64,000 nt of DNA from Octopus sinensis (lineage: Eukaryota): positions 11,208-75,207 of the forward strand of contig NW_021836294.1 of NCBI RefSeq assembly GCF_006345805.1, in the 5' to 3' direction. The notes beneath the pieces are model-generated. The model did not search any database. It saw only the letters and a program-made list of their open reading frames with translations, and was not told the DNA's origin. The position numbers were made by a program, and so were the translations under genes. Of the stretch, positions 1 to 12,642 are shown piece after piece (position 1 is the first letter of the stretch; each line of letters begins with the position of its first letter).

Positions 1-8
1 GAATATTG

Positions 9-1049
9 GGAGCTTTTCTGATTGGCTCCACTTTTTGAAATTTTAAAATTAAGTAAAATTTTTGAAATTGGGTGTACTGATGTAATTTTTCATGCTGAAT
101 CTCAGGGTCTAATTCACTTGTTCCAGGAAATTTTTTTTAAATGTGACAAAGGTTTAAAGTTTGATTATTTTTACCCAGTCAGAAAACAAGATTTGGAAGA
201 TGTCATTTTGTACGTGGCTGCAGTCGTAAGACGACAAAGAATTGCAACGATAACAGGTGTTTTAAGCATTTAATGGGCGAAAATGACCGAAAAAAAAACA
301 GACGCAGGAGTGGCTGTGCGCTAAGTAGCTTGCTTACCAATCACAAGGTTCCGGATTCATTCCCTCTGCGTGTCTTCTACTATAGCCTCGGGCCGACCAA
401 AGCCATGTGAATGGATTTGGTAGACGGAAACTGAAAGAAGCCCGTCGTATATATATGTATGTGTGTGTGTGTTTGTCCCCCACCAATATCGCTTGACAAC
501 TGATGGTGGTGTGTTCAAGTCCCCGTCACTTAACGGTTCGACAAAAGAGACCGATAGAATAAGCACTAGGCTTCCAAAGAAATACTCCTGGGGTCGATTT
601 GCTCGACTAAAGGCGGTGCTCCAGCATGGCCACAGTCAAATGACTGAAACAAGTAAAAGAGTAACCCCTACTTTGTAGTTTAAGCATTCAATATGCATTC
701 AGTGCGAAGAGAAAGAGTAAGCAACACATCTTGTAGCTTTAAGAGCAGAAAAAAATTTGTAAACAAATGAAATATTTCGTAATCATGCATTTTTTGTTTG
801 TTTTATGCCAGCGCTTGGTTTGCTACTATGGAAACAGGCACCTACCTATATGTCTGAGGCTCCCGATTGACAAAAATGACAATAAAATTTTTCAACTTAA
901 AAAAATTTTTATTCTATTTATTGGTTTGTAGCAAAAATGAATTTCGTGTCAATAATTACCATACAAAACTACATCAGTACACCAAAATTTGAAATCAGTT
1001 GAAGCAAAACTGAAGAAATTAAAAAGTAGCAGTCAAACAGCAAAGATCC
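9..1049. mobile_element. Non-autonomous DNA transposon with GGAKC termini and 8-bp TSD; contains a nested SINE
   Basis: Imperfect TIRs (ggagcttttctgattggc.../...gcagtcaaacagcaaagatcc; internal ggtgtactgatgta vs tacatcagtacacc). TSD gaatattg at 1-8 and 1050-1057. Confidence 0.7.
301..665 (+). mobile_element. tRNA-derived SINE, family A
   Basis: Head gcaggagtggctgtg..taag, internal (TA)/(TG) tract, tail gactgaaacaagtaaaagagtaa. More than 12 copies in the window. Confidence 0.85.
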
Positions 1050-1707
1050 GAATATTGGGACCTCGATTACGTCTATACCCTGGAAAATGACCTTGTGAGT
1101 CAGAGGGCACGAGAAGAAAAAAAGACTAACAGCAAACATGTATCATGCAAAATTTTTTTTAAAGTACCTAATTACTAGTGTGTACTATGGGGTAATTACT
1201 CCTTATTTAGCTTTAATCAGGGACCAAGTAAATTTAGTAATATATTCATGTAACATCAGCGATAAGGTGTACTTAACTGTAAATATGTTCCGTGGGGAGA
1301 CGCAGTTTATTGCTGCAGTGAAAGGAGGGAAAACTTTATTTAACTTAACATGCTGAGCTCTTAGTCCTTACATTAACATGACAGACAAAAAGAAAATTCC
1401 CCACCACCCAAAGAAATCTAGAAACCGGAGGGACCAAAATAATCTAATTTTAACGTTCTATTATAGGCAAAACCGATGACAACAACAACGACGACGACGA
1501 TGATGATGATGGTGGTGGTGTTGGTGGTGGTGATGATAATTACTGCAGCAGAGACAACAACATATGTTTAGCATGCTAGTATTGTGCTGTAGACGAACAC
1601 AATCTTTTAACTTCAAACCAACCCCGCTGATTCACCAGTTGCAAGCTACACCGTATAGGTGTGCATCGTTAACAACGCGTGTGTACGTCTTTACACACCT
1701 ACACTCT

Positions 1708-2103
1708 CTCTTTACTCTTTTACTCTTTTACTTGTTTCAGTCATTTGACTGCGGCCATGCTGGAGCACCGCCTTTAGTCGAACAAATCGACCCCGGGACT
1801 TATTCTTTGTAAACCCAGTACTTATTCTATCGGTCTCTTTTGCCGAACCGCTAAGTGACGGGGACGTAAACACACCAGCATCAGTTGTCAAGCAATGCTA
1901 GGGGGACAAACACACACACACAGATATATATACATATATACGACGGGCTTCTTTCAGTTTCCGTCTACCAAATCCACTCACAAGGCTTTGGTCGGCCCGG
2001 GGCTATAGTAGAAGACACTTGCCCAAGGTGCCACGCAGTGGGACTGAACCCGGAACCATGTGGTTGGTTAGCAAGCTACTTACCACACAGCCACTCCTGC
2101 GCC
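1708..2103 (-). mobile_element. SINE family A, full length
   Basis: Reverse complement of the family A consensus, including the (gtaaaaga)n tail. Confidence 0.9.
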
Positions 2104-2754
2104 TTACACGTGTGTAAGTTCTTACTAAATTTACCACCAGGTGTGGAAGGTTCCGCCAATGCAACTCAGTTTCGTCTCTGTTACACACATGCGTAATTAA
2201 GAGCCCTTCATAATGAAATCACTTAATCCCTGCCTGAAGTGTACGATTTCTTCAGTTGGGACTGTCCGCTTTACTATGGGTAATTTTATCACCCAATTAA
2301 TGATAATTTTTTAATCACCATAATGACAATGTCATGTCACTAACTTCAAAATTCTTGATGCTTTTAGGCCTAGGTAACAACTGTACAACTCGGATATTAC
2401 AGAGTTCGTTTCAGAATCGAATACTTTCATTCAGTAAGTACTACATGAAGATGCTTGCTTGATGGCGGGCTTCTTAACAGACCACTGATAATCTACGTTA
2501 ACGAAAGAATTCTTAACTAAAGGCTTCTTTCTACGATAGGCCCGAGGCCAGAAGTTTTTCAGAGTGGGGTAAGTCAATTACTTCAACCTTAGTGTTCAAC
2601 TGGTATTAATTTTATCGACTCCGAAAGAATGAAAAGCAAAGGGTTGAGAAATAGACAGATAGAAAGCCAGGCAGACAGAGACCGACCGACAGACAGACAC
2701 ACAGAGATACACATATATACATAAATACGTACATGTATTCATACTTATAAAGTC

Positions 2755-3190
2755 AGTGAGTGAAGGAACGAGTGAGCGAGTGAGTAATGAGCGAGCGAGC
2801 AAGTGAGTGACTGAGCGAGTGAGTGACTGAGCAAGTGATGAGTGAGCGAGCGAGTGATAAGTAAGCGAGTGAGTGATGAGTAAGCGAGCGAGTGAGTGAT
2901 GAGTAAGCGAGTGAGTGATGAGTGAGCGAGTGAGTGATGAGTGAGCGAGTGAGTGATGAGTGAGCGAGTGAGTGATGAGTGAGCGAGTGAGTGATGAGTG
3001 AGCGATGAGTGAACAAGTGTGTGAGTGATGAGCGAGCAAGTGTGTGAGCGATGAGTGAGCAAGTGTGTGAGCGATGAGTGAGCAAGTGTGTGAGCGATGA
3101 GTGAGCAAGTGTGTGAGCGATGAGTGAGCAAGTGTGTGAGCGATGAGTGAGCAAGTGTGTGAGCAATGAGTGAGCAAGTGTGTGAGTGAG
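2755..3190. repeat. Minisatellite (gagcaagtgtgtgagcgatgagt and shorter variants)
   Basis: Visible tandem units; reverse complement of the array at 4794-5509. Confidence 0.9.
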
Positions 3191-3806
3191 AGTAGTAAAA
3201 TGAAAAAACAGAGACCTAGAAAATGGTGCGCAACCTATTTCGTGAAATACGAAAGTTTTGATCGAATGCTGGAAATGCAACTCCTCTGAGAGTGAACGCG
3301 GCTCTTGTAACAAAAGCCTTACTGTGACGGAAGCGAGGTTTAGACTGTTAATCAATCATGTGATCGATCTCGTTCTCATTAAACTTCAAGTTCCTCCAAT
3401 TCGAATCTGGAAACAAAAATACTTTACACACAAATGGCTTCGGTGTTATCGTTCAGTAACCAACGTTCAGACAAGTATTGTGAAACACGATAGTCTTATT
3501 GTAGACCAAATTAACGAAATTCTGTTCAGAATTTCTTCAAGTACAAAATTTCAAAAGTAAATCTAAACAAATAATTCTTAAAATTTTCATTTAATGAACT
3601 GCAATGTTTAGAGAATATGGAATCATAATTGGTTATCCATCACCATTATGAAGGAGAGTTTGGTGTCAAAACTCAGCGGTGGCTTTAAAAACTGTCGTCT
3701 GCGTATATAATACAGTGTAAGGATTCAGGGAGTTTGTCTTATGTGTCTGTTACAAAGTTCTTCCAGCACCTACAGTTACCAAAATTAGAACCGAGACTGA
3801 TTAGAC

Positions 3807-4785
3807 TAGGATTCTCAGCCATTTTAAAAATATTTATCAACGGACCCCCTTTGATTACTATCTTATTCTGGCGGGTCCCCATAGCCATTCGATGTTTAAA
3901 AACGGTTTTTATAGAAATGTCTTTTAAAATTCCTCTTTTATTTTCGACACATTAACTTGTGTAGGTTGAACAACGTAAAGTGTTAGAGAAAGAAACCCAG
4001 CTGTTTCTTGCAATACATAACCAATATATATTTTATTTTTTATGCACCCTTTTCAAGCCTAGCCAGGCTCATGGGCCCGGTTTCCCAGTTTCTGTGGCGT
4101 AAGTGTTCCCCCCAGCTGGACGGGACGCCAGTCCATCGCAGCATTACTCAAGAAACAGGGAGAGTGAGAGAAAGTTGGGGCGAAAGAGTATAACAGGGGT
4201 GGCCACCACCCTGTCGGAGCCTCGTGGAGCTTTAGGTGTTTTCGCTCAATAAACACACACAACGCCCGGTCTGGGAATCGAAACCGCGATCCTCCGACCG
4301 CGAGTCCGCTGCTCTAACCACTGGGCCATTACGTCTCCACAACTAATACATACATCTAAAGCAAAATTTTTCAGGGGCCCTTAAAATGCTATTGTGGATC
4401 CTCAATTTGCCATCTTGTTGCATAAACACCCCATCCCCACCAAATCTTATATGGTCCTTCAAGGGGCCATATGTATCCCGATTGAGAACTACTGCTCTGG
4501 ACCAAGGATCCTTAACCATTTTTCATCTGTGGACACCTTTGATTACTAAGAAGCTTCTTTCAAAATTCCTTTATTTTTTTTTTCACACATTCACTGTGTA
4601 AAGTTGAACTATGGAAAATGTTAGAGATAGAAACCCAGCTGTTTCTTGCAATACATACCAATGCATACATCGAAAGCAAAACTTTTTCAGGAACCCTTAA
4701 AATACCATTGTGGATCCCTGTCGCAATGGACCCTCAAAAATCATGAATCCTCAGGAGCAATATGGACCCCGGTTGAGAACCACTC
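3807..4785. mobile_element. Tandem dimer of a hAT-like MITE; first copy carries a nested SINE
   Basis: Two related units (3807-4494, 4503-4785) ending ttgagaac(t/c)act(g/c). 8-bp gattagac at 3799-3806 and 4786-4793; 8-bp spacer ctctggac between units. Confidence 0.7.
4033..4340 (-). mobile_element. tRNA(Arg)-like SINE, family C
   Basis: tRNA-like head (tggcccagtggttagagcagcggactcgcgg..ggtttcgattccc). Imperfect TSD aac(c/t)aata(t/c)ata. Confidence 0.85.
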
Positions 4786-4793
4786 GATTAGAC

Positions 4794-5509
4794 TCACTCA
4801 TCGCTCACACACCTGCTCACTCATCGCTCACACACTTGTTCAATCATCGCTCACACACTTGCTCACTCATCGCTCACACACTTGCTCACTCATCGCTCAC
4901 ACACTTGCTCATCATCGCTCACACACTTGCTCACTCATCGCTCACACACTGCTCACTCATCGCTCACACTCACTCATCGCTCACACACTTGCTCACTCAT
5001 CGCTCACACACTTGTTCACTCATCGCTCACACACTTGCTCACTCATCGCTCACACACTTGCTCACTCATCGCTCACACACTCGCTCACTCATCGCTCACA
5101 CACTCGCTCACTCATCGCTCACACACTTGCTCACTCATCGCTCACACACTCGCTCACTCATCGCTCACACACTCGCTCACTCATCGCTCACACACTTGTT
5201 CAATCATCGCTCACACACTTGCTCACTCATCGCTCACACACTTGCTCACTCATCGCTCACACACTCGCTCACTCATCGCTCACACACTCGCTCACTCATC
5301 GCTCACACACTCGCTCACTCATCGCTCACACACTCGCTCACTCATCGCTCACACACTCGCTCACTCATCGCTCACACACTCGCTCACACACTTGCTCAAT
5401 CATCGCTCACACATTCGCTTACTCATCGCTCACACACTCGATCACTCATCGCTCACACACTCGATCACTCATCGCTCACACACTTGCTCACTCATCGCTC
5501 ACACACTCG
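4794..5509. repeat. 23-bp minisatellite (ctcactcatcgctcacacacttg)n
   Basis: About 30 near-identical tandem units. Confidence 0.95.
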
Positions 5510-5901
5510 AAGGTCATTAAGAATTGATACTCCAGAGTTTGAGTTCAAATTCCGCCGAAGACGATTTTGCCTTTCACCCTTTCGGAATAAATGAAATAAG
5601 TCCCAACTGAGAACCGGGATCGATATAATCCGCTGGCCCCTTTTCTTCCCCCAAAGTTTCAGGTCTTGAGCCTATAGTAGAAAGGATATTATTCCCAGTG
5701 CTAATATCCTCAGTAATCACTTTTTCTTGTCTCCCCTAAATTGGTCTGATTTCAAAATATTTTTCCTGGGGACCTTGTTGGGGGTTACCTCAACCACGGG
5801 TGTACAGGATCGTTAGCACATACCCCAGCATCTGAGTAATATTTCCAAAAGGCGTACTCCCAACATTTTTGAAGTACTACACCACTTCACTCACACCCGC
5901 A

Positions 5902-5945
<44 letters not shown>

Positions 5946-6117
5946 ATAAAGGAGTCGGGGTGGGGGTTCGTGAGTTAAAGGACTGGCTTGTTTGTCTTTC
6001 ATATTACATTTCTGGTGTGTGTTGTTTTAGTGTAGTTGAGTAATGAGCGGGTGGATAGGAAGAACGCTGTACAAAAGATGTACCCCTATCTGATATGAAA
6101 TTTGTAATAACAGCTAT

Positions 6118-6700
6118 GCGTGTGTGTGTGTGTGTGTGTGTGCGTGTGTGTATGTGTGTGTGTAGGTGTGTGTGTAGGTGTGTGTGTGTGTGCATGTGCG
6201 TGTGTGCATGCATGTGTGTGTAGGTGTGTGTGTGTGTAGGTGTGTAGGTGCATGTGTGTGTGTGCATGTGTGTGTGTGCATGCGTGTGTGTGTAGGTGCG
6301 TGTGTGTAGGTGTGTGTGTATGTGCGTGTGTATGTGCGTATGTGTGTGTATGTGCGTATTTGTGTGTGTGCGCATGTGTGTGTGTGTGTGCATGTGTGTG
6401 TGTGCATGTGTGCTTGTAGGTGTGTGTGTGTAGGTGTGTGTGTGTGAGCATATGTGTGTGTGCATATGTGTGTGCATGTGTGTGTGTGCATGTGTGTTTG
6501 TAGGTGTGTGTGTGTAGGTGTGTGTGTGTAGGTGTGTGTGTTTGTGCATGTGTGCGTGTGTGCATGTGTGCGTGTGTGCATGTGTGCGTGTGTGCATGTA
6601 TGCGTGTGTGCATGTGTGCGTGTGTGCATGTGTGTGTGCATGCATATGTGTGTGTGCATGCATATGTGTGTGTGTAGGCGTGTGTGTGTGTGTGTGTGCG
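6118..6700. repeat. Complex (TG)n microsatellite
   Basis: TG runs interrupted by gcat/tagg. Confidence 0.95.
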
Positions 6701-6911
6701 ATTTTAGGGCTCGCAGGGAGTGAAGCAGCAAGTGATAAATAAATTAAATAAATGCGAAAAAAAATGATAATTACCGATAGAATTATACATATGATATTTT
6801 ATAGTTTATGTATGTATGTATGCATGAATATGTATGTACATATGAAAATATGTGAATGTAAGTTCCTGTATGTAATGTAAGTATTTATGTATGCATGAAT
6901 GCATATGAGCG

Positions 6912-6947
<36 letters not shown>

Positions 6948-7917
6948 TATATACACATATTATATGTGGTGTGTGTGTATACCTTAGTATTAATGTGCTC
7001 ATGTATAAATATGTAAATATATATATATACATACATATATATTATAAATATGTGGTGTGTGGATGTGTATAGTTTAGTATTAATGTGTATGTATATATAT
7101 ATATATATATATGTGCTTAGTTTCGTATTTGCATTTATGTATATGTATGAGAGGAAAAGGAGTCCGTGTGTGTATATATTAGCTTCTGTTTTTGTGTATA
7201 TGTTAGCCTCTGTTTGTGTTTGTGTGTGTGTGTGTGTGTATGTGTGTGTGTGTGTGTGTGTGTATGTTAGCCTCTGCGTGTGTGTGTGTGTGTGTGTAGG
7301 CGTACGTATGCATATTTATTGCATGACTTCGCCCATCGTTCAGGGAAGTATCGTTGCGCACACAGCCGGAGTTTATTTCAAGAACACTTCATTATTTTCT
7401 TTTCAGAGTTAATGCTTTTTACATGTACACAGAACAATATCATCTTTATTGTCAATTATTCCACAATATTCCACTTAATTCATGCTAACTGCGATGTACA
7501 CAGTTTAAGAAGAAATTCTGAATGAACGATACTCAAAAGAAATGGCTTGTTATTGTACACAGAAAACAAACCCTCAGTTTTGGTAACAAATATTCTTGCA
7601 TTTAGAATATACAGACGAATGTCCCACGACACTGGCTGCAATATTTTGTCTATCGAAAACTTCTGAAAAATATTCGTGTGTAAAAGCTAACAAACAATTT
7701 ACGGTCTTAAAAAAAGGGAAAGTAAGTTTTGCTAAAAATGTGAAAGTAAATTGCGGTAAATAGAGGACAGTGGTTGCCAAAAATTTCGTAAGAACATAAA
7801 GAACTTCCTTTATGTCTTGTCCATAGATACCGACATGGGTTGTGCCGTCCAATGCTACGTTGAGTATTCCTAGCAACGAACACCACTGAGAACTGTAATT
7901 GTTTTCGTTTCATATAA

Positions 7918-8476
7918 AAGGGGCTAAACACAGAGAGGACAAACAAGGACAGACAAACGGATTAAGTCGATTACATCGACCCCAGTGCGTAACTAGTACT
8001 TAATTTTATCGACCCCGATAGGATGAAAGGCAATGTTAACCTCGGCGGAATTTGAACTCAGAACGTAGAGACAGTCGAAATACCCATTTCATTACTGCCC
8101 AGAAGGGGCTATACACAGAGGGGACAAACAAGGACAGACAAACGGATTAAGTCGATTACATCGACCCCAGTGCATAACTGGATGAAAGGCAAAGTTGACC
8201 TCGGCGGAATTTGAACTCAGAACGTAACGGCAGCCGAAATACCCATTTCTTTACTGCACAGAAGGGGCTAAACACAGAGAGGACAAACAAGGACAGACAA
8301 ACAGATTAAGTCGATTACATCGACCCTAGTGCGTAACTGGTACTTAATTTTATCGACCTCGAAAGGATTAAAGGCAAAGTCGACCTCGGCGGAATTTGAA
8401 CTCAGAACGTAACGGCAGACGAAATACGGCTACGCATTTCACCCGGCGTGCTAACGGTTCTGCCAGCTCGCCGCCT
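7918..8476 (-). mobile_element. SINE family B, head + 3 tandem bodies
   Basis: Single head ggcggcgagctggcagaaccgttagcacgccg at the right end; repeated body with B-box-like gagttcaaattcc. Confidence 0.9.
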
Positions 8477-8650
8477 TAAATATGTCTAAGATATATGCAT
8501 GAAAATATTGGATATCACTGTCGTTACTTCTGGTTTCTATCGCAATTGACTGATTATTTTCAGGATAATTCATTTTAGCTATTTTACAGCCATAAACTGC
8601 ATGTTAACCTGTGTAAATAACAGAGAGCCTCGCGCAAAACGCCGAAGGAT

Positions 8651-8694
8651 AACCAGACACTGTGTTTCGATTTAATTTACTCTCTTCAGTGACT
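8651..8694 (-). ncRNA. Minimal type I hammerhead ribozyme motif (Penelope pLTR-type)
   Basis: Minus strand reads agtca-CTGAAGA-gagtaaattaaatc-GAAA-cacagtg-TC-tggtt: complete core, stem I, ACACaGTGT stem III, GUC cleavage triplet. Confidence 0.7.
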
Positions 8695-8894
8695 AATTAT
8701 TCAGACGCATCGAACTAATTCAGAAAGGCTTGTCTCGATATCAAAATCGGCAAGCAAAACATTTCCTGATTGTGACAAAACCTAGTCTTGTTATATTACA
8801 GCGAAACAGCTGTAGTGGTTATATTACAGCGAAATAGCCACACACGCACACACACACACTGGTATTTTCATCTAAGGCGGTTTCTTCTATCTTT

Positions 8895-9123
8895 TATCCA
8901 TTACTTGTTTCAGTCATTTGACTGTGTCCATGCTGGGGCACATCTTCAAAGGTTTTAGTCGAACAAATCAACGCCGGGACTTTCTTTCAAAGCCTAGTAC
9001 TTATTTTATCGTTTCGCTTTTGCCGAATCGCTCAGTTATGGAGACATAAGCACACAAACACCAGTTCTCAAGCGGTGGTGGGGACAAGCACAAAGATACA
9101 CACAGATGCCTACATACATGCGC

Positions 9124-9169
<46 letters not shown>

Positions 9170-9352
9170 GTTAATCCAAACAAGAAAGCACAAAAAAAAA
9201 CACAACGACGCGAGGACGTGGAACAAATATAGTATTATTGGACGCTCAGGAAAGAAGGAGGGTTTAACGTTTCGAGCGGAGCTCTTCGTCGGAAACATAA
9301 GAGAAGGAAAGATCCAGAGAAGGGAAGACAGAGGAAAAAAATCGCCAACGGT

Positions 9353-9383
<31 letters not shown>

Positions 9384-9481
9384 CGGCGGGCTTCTTTCAG
9401 TTTCTGTACCAAATCCACCCAGAAAGCTTTGGTCTTCCGAGGCTGAAGTAGAACACACTTACCGAAGGTGCCAAGCAGCGA
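8895..9481 (-). mobile_element. Diverged SINE family A interrupted in its internal microsatellite
   Basis: 3' half at 8895-9120, 5' part at 9383-9481. Confidence 0.7.
9168..9352 (-). mobile_element. ~190-bp Penelope pLTR-like mini-element with hammerhead-like core
   Basis: Homologous to 11775-11933 and 61983-62170; ccgacga-agagctccgctc-gaaacgtt motif at 9263-9295. Confidence 0.65.
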
Positions 9482-9867
9482 ATTTAAATAGTTTAACCAT
9501 TTAGCCTTAAATACCAGAAAAAGTATGCAGCTCTAAGAGTTATGCGAAGCCAACATTTCATACCCAAAAATATAATGTATAAATCTCTCCCTCCTTCTCT
9601 CTCTCTAAAGTCAAATAAGCAGTAAAATATCAACGGTTTTAAAATGCCGTCGCAGATCAGAAAGATTTGATCTTCACCCACGGCATTTATACGGCAATAA
9701 TTCGGAAAATATTTTTACAACTTTATGTATTTATTTGAAATTCTCCAATAAAAAAGACCGTCGGCTACTTTTAGAGAAAGGTTGAAAAGGAAGGAAGGAG
9801 TGAAAGAGAATGATACTAAAACTGTACATACATTCATACACACACACACACACACACACATATATAT

Positions 9868-10077
9868 GTCAGTCATTTGACTGCGGCCATGCACCGTCTT
9901 TAGTCGAGCAAGTCGACCTCAGGACTTATTCTTTGTAAGCCTACTACTTATTCTGTTGATCAATTTTGCCGAACTGCTAAGTTACGGGGACGTAAGCTCA
10001 CCAACGTCGGTTGTCAAGCGATGTTGAGAGGATAAACACAGACATGCAAACATATACACACACATATATGTATGTAC

Positions 10078-10111
<34 letters not shown>

Positions 10112-10236
10112 GTCGGGCTTTGGTTATGCCCGTGGTTATAGTAGAAGACACTTGCCCAAGGTGCCACGCAGTGGGACTGGACCCGTAACCATGTGGTTGG
10201 TAAGCAAGCTACTTACCACACAGCCACTCCTGCGCC
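9868..10236 (-). mobile_element. SINE family A
   Basis: Matches family consensus. Confidence 0.85.
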
Positions 10237-10365
10237 AATACATATATACACACACACATATACACATTTAAATGCATATATATAAATATACTTATACACA
10301 CACACACAATGAATTTACATCTACATATGCATGTATACATATACATACAAATGCATACATAGAAA

Positions 10366-10432
<67 letters not shown>

Positions 10433-10823
10433 TATTCATATGTATATTTAAAATAGCAAATAAAAGTTGGTAGTAAAATAATTGATAAAACATTTGAATG
10501 AAATATGTTGGTAGGATATTGTAATAAAAAGACCGATAAAGGAATTTGAAGATAATAAAACCCATAAATAGGAGCGATAATAAAGAGGTAATTAAAGGAG
10601 CAATTAAACAGTGCGGTAATAAAAGAACCGAAATGTTAAATATTATATGGAGGGAAATCGTTAATATTAGGAATTGCACTCGCCGACCCTTAGGAAGATC
10701 AAGGTCATAGTCTGGAGGAAAATAATGAGGTAAGACAGTTCGTTACACAGTCCGGCTGATCTCCGGTATATAGTGCGGGGCTCTTCACGTTTCTTCATGG
10801 ACATACATACATGTATACATACA

Positions 10824-11189
10824 AATACCTATTTCTTTACTACCCACAAGGGGCTAAACACAGAGGAGAGAAACAAGGACAGGCAGACGGATTAAGTCGA
10901 TTATATTGACCCCAGTGAGTAACTGGTACTTAATTTATCGACCCCGAAAGGATGAAAGGCAAAGTCGACCTCGGCGGAATTTGAACTCAGAACGTAACGG
11001 CTGACGAAATACCTATTTCTTTACTACCCACAAGGGGCTAAACACAGAGGAGACAAACAAGGACAGACAGACGGATTAAGTCGATTATATTGACCTCAGT
11101 GCGTAACTGGTTCTTAATTTATTGACCCCGAAGGGAGGAAAGGCAAAGTCGACCTCGGCGGAATTTGAGCTCAGAACGTAACGGCAGAC
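10824..11189 (-). mobile_element. SINE family B, two tandem bodies
   Basis: Two ~185-bp units joined at gaaataggtatttc. Confidence 0.9.
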
Positions 11190-11307
11190 AGGTGTGCATG
11201 TGTGCGTATATGTCTATGTTTTGTGTGTGTATGTATGTATGTATACATAAATACATACATACATGCATGCATACATATTATAAACATATGAAGAACTATG
11301 TGAAGGC

Positions 11308-11480
11308 AATGAAAAATCCAACCACCCACCATCTACCATGAAAGGCATTATAAATATATTTAATCGAATATCTAAACTTTTGGCATGTGAAATGATATTT
11401 AATTCACGTGCACTCTATTACAATGTAGCATTACCTAGGACCGGATATGCTGCGAAACTCAAATACATGCCTAACAACAA
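11308..11480 (+). pseudogene. Penelope-like element RT C-terminal fragment
   Basis: Translation SNHPPSTMKGII..NRISKLLACEMIFNSRALYYNVALPRTGY..KLKY resembles the Penelope SNHPP...RLS.LS....F......Y..AL...GY motif. Confidence 0.75.
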
Positions 11481-11774
11481 TCTTAATTTGTACAGCAACA
11501 ACAGTCTTATTAACGTATACATCAACAATGGTTAATTTTGTTCTTCGTGGTATTCTTCATTCCGTTTAGCACTTATTTCCTTGCTTTATGATTAAGACAG
11601 AATGGTAATTTATTGTCAGCCTGGCTCTTTTCTTCATTTCTTTTTGTATTTCGATTGTAATTTAAATGTATATAAATACACACGCACATATATATATATA
11701 TGCATTTACATCTACATTAGCATGCATACATACATACAACTGCATATATATGTGTGTGTGTGTGACCTCGTGTG

Positions 11775-11933
11775 TATCGTTGGCGATTTTCTTTCTCCGA
11801 CCTTGGATCTTTCCTTTTTCTATGTTTCTGACGAAGAGCTCCGCTCGAAACGTTAAATCCAATAACACTATACTTGTTCCACGTCCTCGCGTTGTTGTGT
11901 TTTCTCTTTGTATTTTCACGTTTGGATTAATTA
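11775..11933 (+). mobile_element. Penelope pLTR-like mini-element with hammerhead core
   Basis: ttt-CTGACGA-agagctccgctc-GAAA-cgtt-aaa at 11825-11857. Confidence 0.65.
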
Positions 11934-11944
11934 TATATATATTA

Positions 11945-12075
11945 CTGTTGTGTCTGGGGAGAGCCATTTTCTTTTTGCGCCTTATAATGTAACACAATCA
12001 CCGGTAAAATTTCCACATATTTCTTATTTTTATTTTCCAAAAAAATTTTCGTTTCGCCTTGCGACCTTTTCAATT
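11945..12075. repeat. Dispersed repeat; second copy at about 44180-44310
   Basis: ctgttgtgtctggggagag..ccggtaaaatttccac..ttcttatttttattttcc shared between the two loci. Confidence 0.7.
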
Positions 12076-12248
12076 GCTTTCGGTGCGAATGGTCTTTTAT
12101 ACGGTGCCATTTTTACAATCCTGCAAATAATAAAAATGGTATTTTATATAAACTTTAAGCTTATATAAAAATACCATACACACACACACACAAACACATT
12201 TATATTTATGTGCATATTTAAAATAGCAAATAAAAGTTGGTAGTAAAA

Positions 12249-12642
12249 TTTTTATATATAAAAGTAAGGTTGTGTTCTGTCTGTCTCCTACAATTTAGAT
12301 TCCTAACTACTCCCACATTTTGCGGTGCAGTTTAACCAAAACCGGGTATCTTATAGTCGTGATTCATATCGAGCCCTTCTGGGTATTAGCGCGCGTCTAC
12401 GATGAGTCTACGATTTAAAAAAGAATTTACCATCAATTTTTCCCATTTTTAATGTATTTTTGGCATATATAAGGGAAGTAACTCTCTAAAAATTTATTAT
12501 TAAATCTCAGAACGTAAAAAGCTACAGTAACACCCCCCTTGTGGTTAGCCATATTGAGATGGCTATTATACTTTACATCTCTAAAAATGCTTATATAGTT
12601 ATTTCCCTTACAAACCCGAGCAACACCGGGCGATACTGCTAG
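12249..12642 (+). mobile_element. Non-autonomous Helitron
   Basis: Ends CTAG with subterminal GC hairpin (cccgagcaacaccggg). Inserted between A and T with no TSD; empty-site paralog at 10478/10479. Confidence 0.85.

Noticed and set aside
3258-3560. ORF starting IECWKCNSS, reminiscent of Ly6/quiver three-finger proteins
   Set aside because: No ATG or signal peptide, remaining cysteines absent, no convincing splice sites. BLASTX or RNA-seq would be needed to revive it.
4646-5594. ~290-aa His/Thr/Ser-rich ORFs (also 2596-3355)
   Set aside because: Open in all frames because of the 23-bp minisatellite.
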